From NCBI RefSeq assembly GCF_964204865.1, contig NC_135255.1:23126001-23190000 (forward strand): a stretch of DNA of 64,000 nucleotides, in the 5' to 3' direction. This stretch comes from Styela clava (lineage: Eukaryota). The notes below the pieces were generated by a model, which was given only the letters and a program-made list of their open reading frames with translations, had not been told where the DNA came from and made no database searches. Positions 39,001 through 52,882 of this stretch are shown piece by piece. A program made the position numbers and the translations under genes. Within the stretch, counting starts at the first letter, position 1. Each line of letters starts with the position of its first letter.

Positions 39001-42000
39001 CCGTAGTATGTGTACCAGGTTGGGATTAGGCCATAATTTTATTCTGATTTTTGTATTTTATTTCTATCAAGAGTTCGGGGACTGTCTGTGTTAGCCAAGT
39101 GAATACACCCCCTACCCATAGGCTTCCTTTAAACAACTTGATGTAAAGTAGGCGAACAAAATTAGTTACCTCCATTTTGGTACACGTACTTCTGAAGCGC
39201 CCAAACACGTGTGAAAATCGTTCTATAGAGCAAAAAAAAACAGTTGTTCCATTTACTTGCATATAACAGTCAACCTTCTGAAAATTGCAACTCGCACAAT
39301 GAGATCAAAAGCATGTGACAACTTGGCACGAGTTTATGAAATTAGGCCTTCCACCATGAAGCTATTGTTTCAGACACAATTAATCAATAGCTGTGTAGGA
39401 CCAGTAAATTTAAGGTCACTACTACAAAAATATATTTTAGTATTAGATGATTAAAGCGAACAACACAGCAGACGACTATCACATTTTGTTTCATACATCG
39501 ATTATTAAATAATAGTTGAAAATTTTAGAAGATGATGACAAGACAATTAAAAAAGTTATTGCTGTCATCGAAACTAGTTTAACGTTAGCAGAAGTTTAAC
39601 AAAGTTTATTCTGGTTTTTATTTTTCAGGTCAAATTAGTTTAACAGTTTTATCTTTTATAGGGTTAGCATAGGCTTGCAAATAAACCATCAAATGTATAC
39701 AATTAGTTTGGGTTATTAGAACAGATTGTAAGTTCGTGGGCTCAGGTCAAAATATGCAAATTTAATAATTTAACTCAGATCTCTGTATACGTAGTTTCTT
39801 TATATCCTTTGTCTGAGAGAACGCACTGTACAAACCACTGATTTGAAAAGTTGCTTACTATTTACTTACATATAACAGTAAACTTTCTGAAAATTACAAC
39901 ACGCACTATGAGATCAAAAGCAAGTGATCACGTTCAGGCAACAACTTGGCATGAGTTTATGAAATTAGGACTTTTCGGATTTAGCAAAAATTGTTCCAGA
40001 CATAATTAATCAATTGCTGTTGAGAATTTAAAGTCACAACAAGTCAAAACAAAATAGGATATTGAATGCGTTATAAAAGTGCGCTACGATGCGCCACACC
40101 GCCGAGTCAAGAATAGGGTACTCCTGTAGTATATGCACCTGGTTAGAGTTAGGCCGTAATTTTATTCTGATTTTCTATAATTTAGTTCTATTACGAGTTA
40201 CGGGGACTGTCTGTGTTAGCCAAGAGGATATACCCCCTGCTTATAGGTTTCAGTCCCTTTACACTACTTGATGTAAAGTAGGCGAACAAAATTAGTTATT
40301 GGTACACATACTTCTGGAGCACCAAATAATGTTGGAAAACTATTCAACAGTAACTACCGATACACTTCTGGAGCGCCGAGAATATAATCCATGGTTCCCC
40401 ATATGATTAGGTCAAATTCATTGGCTTTTACAAGAATGACTGTGAATAATCTAAACCTATCACAGTATTGATATTACAACTCCAGAACTCCATTACACAA
40501 AAAAGATAGACAGATAGTTTATTTTGAAAACCCCATAATATAGGCCTACACTGATTCAAATGAAGAATTTTGAAAGGCGAACAAAACCTTTGAAAAAGTT
40601 GTGTCAAAATAAAATTATACTTATTGTCGCGGTATAAGATCTTGCTGCTGTGGTTGCAAATATGTCAGAAGACCAAAAGATTTCAGATTGGTTATTTATT
40701 GTACGGCAACTTCACAATCTAAAACTTGAAACAGCAAAAACAGAGCACACAACGAAACGCAACCCACCTCCAGACCAACGGCCGGAGAACGAGAACAAGA
40801 GATATATTTTCTCTCGCACGTGTAATTGGGTGGTCGCAGTCCAGACCCGGTCAAAACTGCCCAAATTAGGTCTGGTATAGTTTAGTATCACAAGTACTTC
40901 CAGTATTCCGCACGGTGGACATTTTTGAAATTTTAATATGTGTTTCATGAATCTCTATAAAAGATACGGTCTCAATGATTCGGGTGAGAAAAAATTATTT
41001 CTTACATAAATTACGCTTTAACTCAGTTAAATTGAGAATGCCTTAAATTTTTCCTTAAATCTGGTGGAATTTCCCTACTTTCCGCACGGTGAAATGTTTT
41101 AAAATTGTAGTATATATTTTACATATGTCCACCAAAAATACTGTGTTGATGGATTGGATGAGAAAGAATTATTTCTTGCATAAATTAAGCTTCAACTAAA
41201 TTGACGACTTTGTCGATAAATAAGGGCAAATTTATATCTATCTATTCATTTTAACGAAAAAAATGTAGGTTTCAATCATTCTCTGTATTATTATGTTTCT
41301 TCTTACTTTTGATTCCTAAAAAGGGGAATTGCCTCATTAATTCCACCCATTTTGTCGCAATTAACTATTGCGTATTTAAGAATGGTTGCGTTTATGGTTC
41401 AATGCATAGTAATTCTATTCATACTTCGTGGACAAATTTATTTGAGCAAACTTGCATAAAATAATTTTAACGTGGAAATATCTCGAACATCATGAGGTGG
41501 AGTTCTTTATTTTCATGGTTCATGGTTCAATGCATGGGAATTCCATTCATAGGTCGTGGGGCTTTGGTTCACACGCAATGAGGAGCTGAGATATCGAGTT
41601 GTTGAATTGTGAACAAATCACTCGTTATTTATTCGTGTCGTATTTTGCCCACGACTCTCTCTCTCTTTTATCTTTTAGAGATTATATCGCATAAAATGTG
41701 GCGCAACTTCAATCTCATTCATATTTCGCTTTGTCAGTGTCTGATGATAAAATAATTTTAGTTCAGTGTAGTTGTAGTGATAGGTGGGTTAGATTGGCAG
41801 TTTTTGATGTTATTGGAATTGAGGTTGCATTTCTAAATTAACCTAAGTCGGTTAGATTCGATATTTTAAGAAGATCATTTTGAACATTTTGCCATATCAA
41901 AATTTAATGATTTATAGTTGCTATATAGATTTTAAAAATTAGATTGTTTGGAGCTGAAACCAATATAATTAGTCACGGCTTCTGGTTTCGACCAACGGCC

Positions 42001-44373
42001 GGCAACCAACTTGCTTAATGGTAAATAAGTTCATGGACGCCATCTTGTGCCATATTTGGGAAACGCGAAACAATGGAGTCTTATGGGAAATTTTCGTCGT
42101 GTTGTTGTACCGAATCGAATAAGTCCGCTGTTATAAGGGCTAGAATGAAACTGAAGGGTGGATTTTGAACTTTAAGATATATGCTATCTAAATATATAAC
42201 GCAGATTTTATAGTGATACGCCAATTTGAGGCTGTAAAATGTCTCCGCAACAATCAATCCTACAATGTCATTTGTTCTTCTAGCGCATGGCTGAGCAATA
42301 GGGCATTATGGAGCTTGACAGACGAAAAATGTTAACCAGAAAATAGAAACGGCCATTGAAGCAAAGTTGGGTCGGCCGGAAATTTGACGAATAAACACAA
42401 CTTTTCATCTGTGACATCATAAGGAAAGCCTTTGTCATATTGTTAATAATAACGATTAGAATGACTAATTTACTTCGGAAGCAACTCGGAACCGGTATAC
42501 TTGTCTTCAAAGACAATTTAATGTACTAAAAATGTAATTTGGCCAACATGAAAGAATATAAGCATGTAAGGCTAAGATTCTACTTCAAAATACGACCTTG
42601 AAAATTTTTCTACCTAAAATATTAGTGAAAATAATAGGTATGTTTCAATAATTGTGTTGGAACTTTTCATAAGGCGCCGTGTTGAATTGTCGAGAACATT
42701 AGGCACAAGATGGCGTCCATTGTCTGAGCGTTGCCCCGCTCATATTATATATACGCTTTGGTTCCGACCTGCTCCGACTCCAGACCTGGTTTAAACCATC
42801 TATTTTTGGAACCTGATTTTTGAAAAGGCTCTAGACAAGCATAGGTAAAAATAGGTCAATCTAAACTGGTGGTTCTCAGCTTTTAAATTCATCAATTTAA
42901 ATTCATCCTTTTGCTTATTTTAAAACTTCCTATTACTCACTATTTAATGATAAAGCGGTACTCAAGAAGTATGTGAACCAAGATGGCGGACACCGGAACG
43001 TAGTATGTGTACCAGGTTAGGGTTAGGCCATAATTTCAGGTACAAATACTACGGGAGTCACTTGGCTAGTCTCCGAACTCGTCATATAACTAAAATAAGA
43101 ATAATTGGAATAATATTATGGCATATCCCTAACCTGGTACACATATCCTGGTTCCGATGTCCGCCATGTAGGTTCACATACTTCGGGAGTGTCTATGAAA
43201 CCACCTATTTGTTCAATCTTTAATGGACCCAGCTACTGTTATGGGCAAGCCACACTACCGCTGTTGTAAATTTCAAGTAGTCGTGAAAGTGTGCATAAAT
43301 TAATGTTGCCATACGCCAGATTTTCCCTGACATGTCCGGTATTTGAGTGGTCAATTTTGCGTCAGGGAGAAATGCTAAAAAGTGCCTAAATGTCAGAATT
43401 TGGAATACACAGAATTCCTGCTACAAATCCTCGAGTTTCCAGATATTGCGCATCCACGAAAACCTATTTTTCAGAGATATGTCACATGCAAGCTTTTTTG
43501 TGCCACACGGATAGAGTCGCATTCAGATAATTGTGATGTCACATATGAACTGTATTACCAGCATTTTGTAATCGGTATTTTGGTTGCACAACCTTTAGCT
43601 TACTCCGTGCTAGGGTTTGGTCACTAGTGCTAAAGATTAGGCAACAATTTTGCTTCTTTCGTTTTTTCTGTATTTATTCTATTCTCACAAGAAAGCGACG
43701 ATAGCTTGTGCCCTTGCATACATAGTGAATTTATACCATAATAGAAATCATTAATTTTGTCAGAGATTTTGTGTTTCCACATATGGTAACCCTAGCATGA
43801 ATAATTAATTATATTATACTAAATAATAGTAATACTGCGCGTGTACAAGGCAAATCGCTTCCCTTCCCTTGGAAAGAATTCCTTCCCTGTTGGGAAACGT
43901 TTTTCTCGAGCAGTTAGAGGTGGACCACAATGCTAGGCGCGAAATTAATTTTAATTTTGATGGAAAACTCCTCGTTTTCCTAGTTTCATTTCTTTATACG
44001 GTGTTTTCACTTTGTTGAGCAGAAATTGTTCACACAAAATGAGATATGGTACCAATCAAAATAACACTATAAATACCACTGGAATGATAAACAGAGGGCC
44101 AGAGTGCTAAAAGCCTCCAGACGGGGCCCACAAGCTATATAAGGTTGGGAACCACTTTTCTACGCAATGCATTAAAAAGGCTAGACTCAGACTAGAAGCC
44201 AACAGTCATTCTTGATCCAAATCTAAAAGGCAGAACAAAGATGCAGCAGACTGTAATTAACCGGATTCCATTTGCGTGTTGTATGTGTTATCTACTGTGA
44301 TTATGTTGAGTAAGTTGTAATTTCAAAGTGTTTTATTCATCTCAGATTAATACGAGTATTATCGGAACTAACC

Positions 44374-47275
44374 ATGATCAAATATATCACCCTGTTTATA
44401 CTTGTTGGAATAAGTTCCACGGAGAACGCATCGTCTTTGGATAATTATGGGACAGTACTGACCGAGCAAATGAATCGATATTGCCAAACGTATATGTGTC
44501 AAGATACCGACCATACATCGGCAAGACAACAGAGAGGGCCGCTGGTTGGAAAAGCTGGGCCAAAGGGCCCAACTGGACCACCCGGAATAGCCGGTCCACG
44601 TGGACCAGCTGGAAGCGTCGGTCCTCGAGGGGTCAAAGGTCAGCCCGGGGTTTCTGGGCCATCGGGCGAAGTGAACTACACCAGAATCGAAGAGATTGTA
44701 GAAGAAAAATTAAACAGTAAGTGAGTGCCACCATTATACTACAAGCTGAATGCAAACAAAATTTTCAACATCATTTGTCATCATTTATGTGTCACTTCTT
44801 ACAATCGTACATTCACTTTGTATGCGAACACTCACTCGCTGACAACAGTTTCATCCTTGGTTTATAATGTACAGTTACAGATGTTTAGACTAGTTATTAT
44901 ATATTAGCAAAAATAATATAGAATAAATTTTTTCAATAACGATGTCTTGATGACACATAATTATTCCAATCACGGAATAGATATTTATTTATTTATTATT
45001 GCTGTTTACAATGAACAAACCACTGGTCCAATTGCTCCCCAATCCCCATTATTAAAAAGATGAGGTTTCTAATAATAGCTTTTAAATATGTTCATATATT
45101 TTTGCCTCTAATTTTCCTGGATGGAAATGAACAACTTTTTTGCCTGTCAAATTCTACTTTGCTTTTGTCCTAATTCATTGCCAACTGATTGATTCATTTA
45201 ATTTCATCAGGTATGTTCTCGCTGGTGCTTAACAAAGACTGCAGCAACTTTGCCACAACAGAGTTAGCTCTGGTAAAGAACGAAACAGGCGGCGTCTTTG
45301 CAATCTATCCAGTAAGATGGAACCAAATAATTCAGGTTTATTGCGACACATCGACAGACGGAGGAAAATGGATAGTGATAAATTTCGTCATTAATATACA
45401 AGATTACAATGATTTATGATGCACTTGTGATCCTGTATTGTCTGGATCATTTTGGGCAAACTGCAGTTATGACTCACTCAGATACAACCAGATATCATTC
45501 GAATAAAATCAATTGATACACAAAAATTTCTGTCTGGCATTCATCTGGCTGAGTGAATAGATTGTACGTAATATAAACCGCAACATATCCTTTGATTTTG
45601 CAATGCTATTTTGTACTTTGAACATTTTAAACGCACTTTAAAATAAGGCTTCACAACAAAGACAAAAAACAGTATTTATAATTTAAGTGCATAATCGCTT
45701 AATAGATATGGAGAACCACAGCCTGCAGAGTGACGTTTTTTACCAGCTGAGGTCAGATATAGAAATAGTAAATTGTAATATGCGCGTGTACTTCTTCACC
45801 AAAACAGGTCGAATATTGGCTGCGTATACCGACTAGATGGTCCAGCACGATGCACCATTATTAAGTGCCGTAGACAAGCGACTTTATATTATTCTTTGCA
45901 GGGCATTAACAGACGAATATATAATTTTTGAACATATATTTTCTGCAAATAGGTTTTCCAACGAAGGTCCAACGGAATGCTTGATTTCGCCTCGTATAAC
46001 TGGATTGAATACGTGGAAGGATTTGGAAATCCAGCGAACGAATATTGGATGGGTAAGATAGATGATTGTTAAAAAGAATAGGCTTGTAAAAAAAAACTTT
46101 CAAGAAGCTTTTAGTTGTTTATCATTTATAAAGTTCCATAATTACCATATCACCAGAAAACTGGTAATTCTGGCAACGGGATTCTATGATATATTTTTCG
46201 AAAGCAAAGCTAACTAAAATGAAAATATTGACTTTAATCTATGCGTAATAGCTTGGGTGTAAACTATGCTGAAGTGCAAATATTCTCCCAAATATAGTCG
46301 CTTGTGAATCTTGAAGTGAAGCAACTAATCAAATAAAATAATTTACAATGTTCTCAAATTTGTTAGGATTGGAGAAACTACATCGATTAACATCAGACGG
46401 TGACTTTGAACTCAGAATTGATTTGGAAGATTGGGAGGGAAATAAACGCTACGCCAAGTATTCGTAAGTATTTCATCAATTATATTTTACCCGTTTTTTA
46501 CAGCTGTGGGTATTGCGGACGGAGATTCCGGCTTCTGATTCGGAAACGACAATTTTTGATTAAAAAACCTGAATCATTCGGAATACTTTTCATATTTAAT
46601 TGGAAGAATTTGACTCTGGCAACTTGTTTATTATTTCAAATCCGACTTCCTATCTTTACTTTGTGCTTAATGAAAAATTTTCTAGTCGATTAATAGCTTT
46701 GATTATGGGATTTACCAAGTTGACTGAATAAGACAAAACTAGGAAATTATCGATCGTCTCAAAACAGCCGCCTTCCTATTAGTAACACTTTGTTTAGATT
46801 CTTACAAATCCGGTCGAGCATTTCTAACGGCCTGTATCATCATATAGGTGATGCAAAACTGATTTTTCGGGTTTCAGGACTGAATATGAGATTCTATAAT
46901 AAAACGCATTATATCTATGTTGTTGAAATAATATTCTCTTATTTCAGGTCGTTTTCCATCGGATCTGCTTCTACAAAATATCAACTCAATGTTGGAGGAT
47001 ATTCAGGAAATGCTGGGGATTCACTTGATTATCATAACGCAATGAAGTTTACGACGAGGGATCAGGACAACGATGAAAAGTCTGGTGGCAACTGTGCAAG
47101 TGAATATAACAGTGGTGGATGGTGGTTTTATAGTTGCCATCACTCAACCCTCAACGGTAAATATATCAGTGGAGGTCAGACTAGTAGAAGCTGGGAAGGA
47201 GTCATCTGGAACCATTGGAGGGGAAGCAGTCACTCACTGAAGTTCACAGAAATGAAATTCCGTCCGAGAATGTAA
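44374..47275 (+). CDS. Ficolin-like secreted lectin, copy 3 (diverged paralog), ~343 aa
   Basis: Exons 44374-44716, 45211-45374, 45953-46052, 46367-46463, 46948-47275; 1032 nt in frame with the same intron phases as copy 1. The exon-2 donor is a weak GTGATA. C-terminus ...GNAGDSLDYHNAMKFTTRDQDND...GGWWFYSCHHSTLNG...EMKFRPRM. Confidence 0.9.
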
Positions 47276-48237
47276 AGATGTTCAACCATCAATCAAAACC
47301 AAAGCCGTGGAGTTAGAGTCGTTGGTTCAAAAATTTCTAAATCGTTGTTGCAATTTTAAACTGAAACCCTAAATACAATATCAAACTTATCCTGCAAAAA
47401 GTTGTTTTCCCAATTTCTTCAAGTCAAAATACAAAATTCCAAATTTTACCAGGTACTTATTTGAAGTCAGTATTTGAAGTCGAAATTTTCCAAGTTCGTA
47501 ATCTCAAATTTTTCTCATTTTGATAATATACTCGGATTCTGAACTCGGTTTCTTCAATATCTCGAACCACGTGATTTCCACAGCCTTTGGTAAAATGTAA
47601 ATATATTTTCATTTCACAAAATCAACATTTAAATGACTTTTCACCTAATCAACCGAGATAGAGTTTTCATTTTTAATACATTAATATAACAAATATCTGA
47701 ACTAACCATTTCGTCAATATTCTAAATATCCGTTTAATCTTGTATAAATACATGTAAAATTATATTCTGTTTGACATCTTTGAATGGTAAAATTTGAACA
47801 AAATAATTGTTTCATGCAAATGTCTTAAAACTTTCATTAAATCTAATAATTTCGTTGTTTTGAATTAATTCAAGATTTTACAAATGTACATAATAATTTT
47901 TAATCATTTAATTCTTGATAGCATGCTTAGATGTCGATAAATCATGCATTAGACAACAGGCTTGTTATTGTATTTGGGTTGGAGAACGGCAGGACAGCTG
48001 ATTGCGAGCGCCATTGATGTTTGTAAATTTTACAAATGTACTTTTGTGGGAATGGTCGTTTGCGAGAATGATACTTTGATGAAAGTCATTTTGCGAGAAT
48101 AAAGTCTGTAGGAAACGACTTTTTTCAAATAATGCAGTTTTGCGAGAACGAGATTTTACAAGGGCGAGGTGTTTTGACAGAAATAAATTTATGAGATTAA
48201 ACGTTACCGCAAATGTAGTTCCAAATTTAAATGGGCT

Positions 48238-48529
48238 GGATAGGATAGGATTTACATTTTTATCCCAGGGGAGAGGAAATCCGATACGACGGCTTAACCA
48301 CATGGTAAACCACGGCCTCTCGCCCGGTTATCATTTCATGTCGGGTATGGAATGAGTTAGTTATTTGTTTTCGGAAGCATTGACTTGATGGTGGAGAAAG
48401 TCGTAACCGACCAGCGGTTACGTAAACCACCTTACGGCGGCGAGGAGTCCAGCAATCCTCTCGCATATAACTATCCCCGCATGGGATTTGAACCTGCGAA
48501 TCACCGTGCCTTGTCACACCGACGCGGCT
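48238..48529 (-). mobile_element. SINE, same family; partly re-duplicated at 48763-48974
   Basis: B-box GGTTCAAATCC and ATCCT tail; local duplication 48318-48655 ~ 48763-49100. Confidence 0.7.
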
Positions 48530-49904
48530 AACTGTGGTGTCAATCTTCAAATTTTATTGGTAACATACTTCACTTCTGATTACCTTACACTGGTTGTGGT
48601 GCGGAGCAATTACTTGCAATAGGATTGCTTGACTTCTACCTTTTCAGAGTGGTTCATTTATCTGCTTATTGTGATAAATGTTATCTGCTACTGTTTCATG
48701 TCCTACATAAGTTAGATAGAAAATTTGGCATTATCTGCATATTATTGATTTTATTCATTGCTTCTCGCCCGGTTATCATTCCATGTCGGGTACGGAATGA
48801 GTTAGTTATTTGTTTTCGGAAGCATTGACTTGATGGCGGAGAAAGCCGTAACCGACCAGCGATTACGTGAACCAACCTACGGCGGCGAGGAGTCCAGCAA
48901 TCCTCTCACACATAATTATCCTCGCATGGGATTTGAACCTGCGAACCACCGTGCCTTGTCACACCGCCGAGGCTAACTGTGACATCAATCTTCAAATTTT
49001 AATGGTAACATACTTCACTTTTGATTACCTTACACTGGTTATGGTGCGGAGCCATTATGTGCGATAGGATTGCTTGACTTCTACCTTTTCAGAGTGGTTC
49101 AAGTAACCCGTTGGTCTGTTACGACTTTCACCACCAAGTATATATACAACGAATAACTGGTTGACTATTTTCATACTTTGTCAGATAACCAGACAATAAG
49201 ACGAGTGTCTGTGGTTCGCGATATAATTAAAATCGTCTTATCACTTTTCTTATCCCATGGAATAATTGATTAGGAGCTATCTCATTTTAAAGTTCAAATA
49301 AAAATTGCTTCTCTAGAATACTCCTATGTTGATGAGTATGAACTGTGGCTTTTCTCACATCTTCATTCGCGCAAAAACGCATTTTTGCTGAAATCAATCC
49401 CCGCAACATATTCTTTTTCTATTTTGTTTATGAGTAAAACTGCTATAATATTGAACGCTATTAAGTGGTTATATAACTCTTCTTGTTGGTAAGAAATCCC
49501 TAAAAACTTCGAGCGAAGTCGAGTCTTTGATGGATTGGATTCTGATCATGTTCTGGACCCCCAAACATTGGCCATCCTGATAAATATACATTCTTGTAAA
49601 CGCCCTCTCAGGCAAATTTCTTCCAATTAAGACCGATTTTGTGCGTTGGCTACCATCAACCAGTGACCGCATAAATCGTGAGAATGTGAGGAGACCAGCA
49701 ATGCCATCACATCTCTGATTACTCCTTCTAGTACCGACCGCCGTGCGGACGTGGCTATCTCGAGCCGAAGATATGCATTGGAGAAGTGAATCTCAGACTT
49801 AGTGACATCAATAAACAAATAACAGAAATAGCAGATTTTTTGAATGATGGAATGGAAATGTGCAACATGGGTGTAAAATGGAAGATTTTTAAAGATATTG
49901 TGAA

Positions 49905-52035
49905 GACAAGTTCGGACGAAATTATGCTTTGCATAAATATGTGACCGGATATACAAAAGTTAAACTGCACGAACTGATATTTAAAAATTCACAATCGATC
50001 GAGAGAAAAACATTAGTCGTCCAACATCTCTGTCAACAAGAGTTTTAGTATAAAAGTATATTTAAAATTCATTTCCTTCACACTTGATATATAAAGATAG
50101 AATAACTAATAAAGCCAGGATTTGCATTTCCACAAGCAACGTTTAGCACATTCAAATTCCCTGAACTATTTTTTGCAAAAACAGCAAAATTTGGTTTTAG
50201 TTTGGTTGTGACGGCATCAGGTGGGCCAGATTAAATTACCCAACTAGCCGGATTTGGCCCGCGGCCCATATTTTGTCCATGTCTGCTTTGACGGTTGATA
50301 AGATATCGATGTCATCGTTCCAATATGATACATTCTTTCAATGTTATGTTATTGTTGTGAAAATAGATTTTTCAACTACTGGACCAATTGCTTTGAAATT
50401 TTAAAGATTGTTGTTGGCGCTAGAAGGCGATTACTTTTATCTATTTCAAAAATATCTGTCAGCTCTATGGGATTCGTTTTTCACTTCGTTTTGCGTGACG
50501 ACGCCATCAAAATTAAAAGTACCGTGCTTCCGTGATCTCAGCCATCTAGCGACCAGACTACCGGTAATGTTAGAGATTTTATACTACTTGGTCTTCGCGT
50601 CCATCTAAATGAGCATTGCTAACTTGTTATTAGATTATTATCAGTGGTAGACTGTAGCCGGAACGCCGTTCCGGTTATTAAATATTTCATTGCATTCGCG
50701 TCTTTGTTATTGAAATAAAATTGTGTCATGGTACGATCAGTTTCTCTGACAAACATAGTTACCAACTGTACGTTTTGATACGTCTTTTTACAGCAGACAA
50801 ATAATTATTAAAGCCGTAACGTGTAACGGATGTATCCTCGAACTTTGACCTCAGTAATATTGAAGCCCGTATTAAATTAATAGAAAACCATTGCGATACT
50901 GAGCCCTATGTATAGACTTGTCTTTGCAGTCATAATTCTGTGTGCGTGGTGTTATTGTTGATGTTCCTTAGGACAAGTTCGGACGAAATTATGCTTTGCA
51001 TAAATATGTGACCGGATATACAAAAGTTAAACTGCACGAACTGATATTTAAAAATTCACAATCGATCGAGAGAAAAACATTAGTCGTCCAACATCTCTGT
51101 CAACAAGAGTTTCAGTATAAAAGTATATTTAAAATTCATTTCCTTCACACTTGATATAAAAAGATAGAATAACTAATAAAGCCAGGATTTGCATTTCCAC
51201 AACCAATGCTTAGCACATTCAAATTCCCTGAGCTATTTTTTGCAAAAACAGCAAAATTTGGTTTTAGTTTGGTTGTGACAGCATCAGGTGGGCCAGATAA
51301 AATTACCCAACTAGCAGGATTTAGCCCGCGGCCCATATTTTGCCCATGTCTGATTTGACGGCTGATGGGATATCGATGTCATCGCTGCAATATGATACAT
51401 TCTTTCAATGTTATTGTTGTGAAAATAGATTTTACTTCAACTACTATCGACCAATTGCTTTGAAATTTTAAAGATTGTTGATGTCGATAGAAGGCGATTA
51501 CTTTTATCCATTCCAAAAATATCTGTGAGCTCTATGGGATTCGTTTTTCACTTCGTTTTGCGTGATGACGCCATCAAAATTAAAAGTACCGTGCTTCCGT
51601 GATCTCATCTCAACCATCTAGTTACCAGACTACGGGTAATGTAAGAGATTTTATACTGCGCGTCCATCTTCGCGAGGATTGCTAACTTGTTATTAGATTA
51701 TTATCAGTGGTGAGCTGTAGCAGGAACGCCGTTCCGGTTATTAAATATTTTATTGCATCCGCGTCTTTGTTATTGAAATAAAATTGTGTCATGGTACGTT
51801 CAGTTTCTCTGACAAACATTGTTACCAACTGTACGTTTTGATACGTCTTTTTACAGCAGACAAATAATTATTAAAGCCGTAACGTGTAACGGATGTATCC
51901 TCGAACTTTGACCTCAGTAATATTGAAGCCCGTATTAAATTAATAGAAAACCATTGCGATACTAAGCCCTATGTATAGACTCGTCTTTGCAGTCATAAAT
52001 CTGTGTGCGTGGTGTAATTGTTGCTGTTCCTTAGG
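49905..52035. repeat. Direct tandem duplication, period ~1067 bp
   Basis: 49905-50971 ~ 50972-52035; both start gacaagttcggacgaaattatg and end tgttccttagg. Confidence 0.9.
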
Positions 52036-52227
52036 ACCCCGCGCGTGCCGAGACTGGGCTTCCTTTCAACTTCAAATCTCTAATAATAACGAAATTGCTT
52101 GATTGTGTAATATATTCTTTAGTTAAAAGCGGCAACGATAAAAACAATATTAAACAGGAAAACTCTTCAAATATGATTGAGTTTGGTTCTTGCAGTTGGG
52201 CTGTGCGCTGTCCGAGAGTCTCAACAC

Positions 52228-52394
52228 GATTGCTGGATTCCTCGCCGGTGGTTCACGTAACCGCTGATCGGTTAAAGCATCTATCACCATCAAGTCCATG
52301 CTTCCGAAAACAAATAACTAACTAATCTCATACCCGACATGGAATGGTAACCAGACCAGAGTCCGTGGTTTGCCATATGGTTAAACCGTCTTAT
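52228..52394 (+). mobile_element. Internal fragment of the same SINE in + orientation
   Basis: Reverse complement of the 15130-15310 segment (gttcacgtaaccgctg..ccatcaagtccatgcttccgaaaacaaataactaac). Confidence 0.65.
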
Positions 52395-52743
52395 ATTAAT
52401 GAAAACATTGCATGTTATTTTTGACTTAATAGTAGCATTCATATTGTACACAGAAAAGATTTAAATAATTCCTTCATATTTATGTAGCTCTTCTGGTTTA
52501 TCTTAAAACAGACGTGAAAAAAATTATGTAAGCGTCCGTGGATGTCCATGAAGTCCTGAAAATATTTTAAATTGTAAATGGAATTTTTGGCTTCACAGAT
52601 GTAATAAACAACAAACAACAAACCTAGTCAAAATATATTGAGAACTTACTTCATAACAAAATTGAAATTATAAAGGGAATTTATGGACACCCTGTTTCTT
52701 TTCACGAATTAATTTGTTACAATGTTTCAGTACAGCATCAACT

Positions 52744-52764
52744 CCCCCCCCCCCCCCCCCCCCC
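52744..52764. repeat. C21 homopolymer
   Basis: Read directly; ~120 bp beyond the Penelope-like ORF stop. Confidence 0.85.
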
Positions 52765-52882
52765 TTCAATTGGGGCTAAGGGGCGTGGAATTTGGACCCG
52801 ATATGTGTAATCTGACATCCCAACCGCTTTGCCATTGGGTCGGCTTATAGAATATTTTGGTTGTGTTCTTTGTGTTCATGCT

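Larger units (their letters stand above)
26443..42837. repeat. Tandem segmental duplication unit 2 (16,395 bp)
   Basis: ORF set identical to unit 1; next unit starts at 42838. Confidence 0.95.

Noticed and set aside
11594-47275. Programmed somatic rearrangement (RSS-like) system
   Set aside because: No recombination signal sequences or recombinase gene were seen; germline unequal crossover and gene conversion explain the mosaics.
48484-48529. tRNA gene
   Set aside because: Only a B-box is clear; no cloverleaf could be built, and it heads a dispersed SINE-like repeat.
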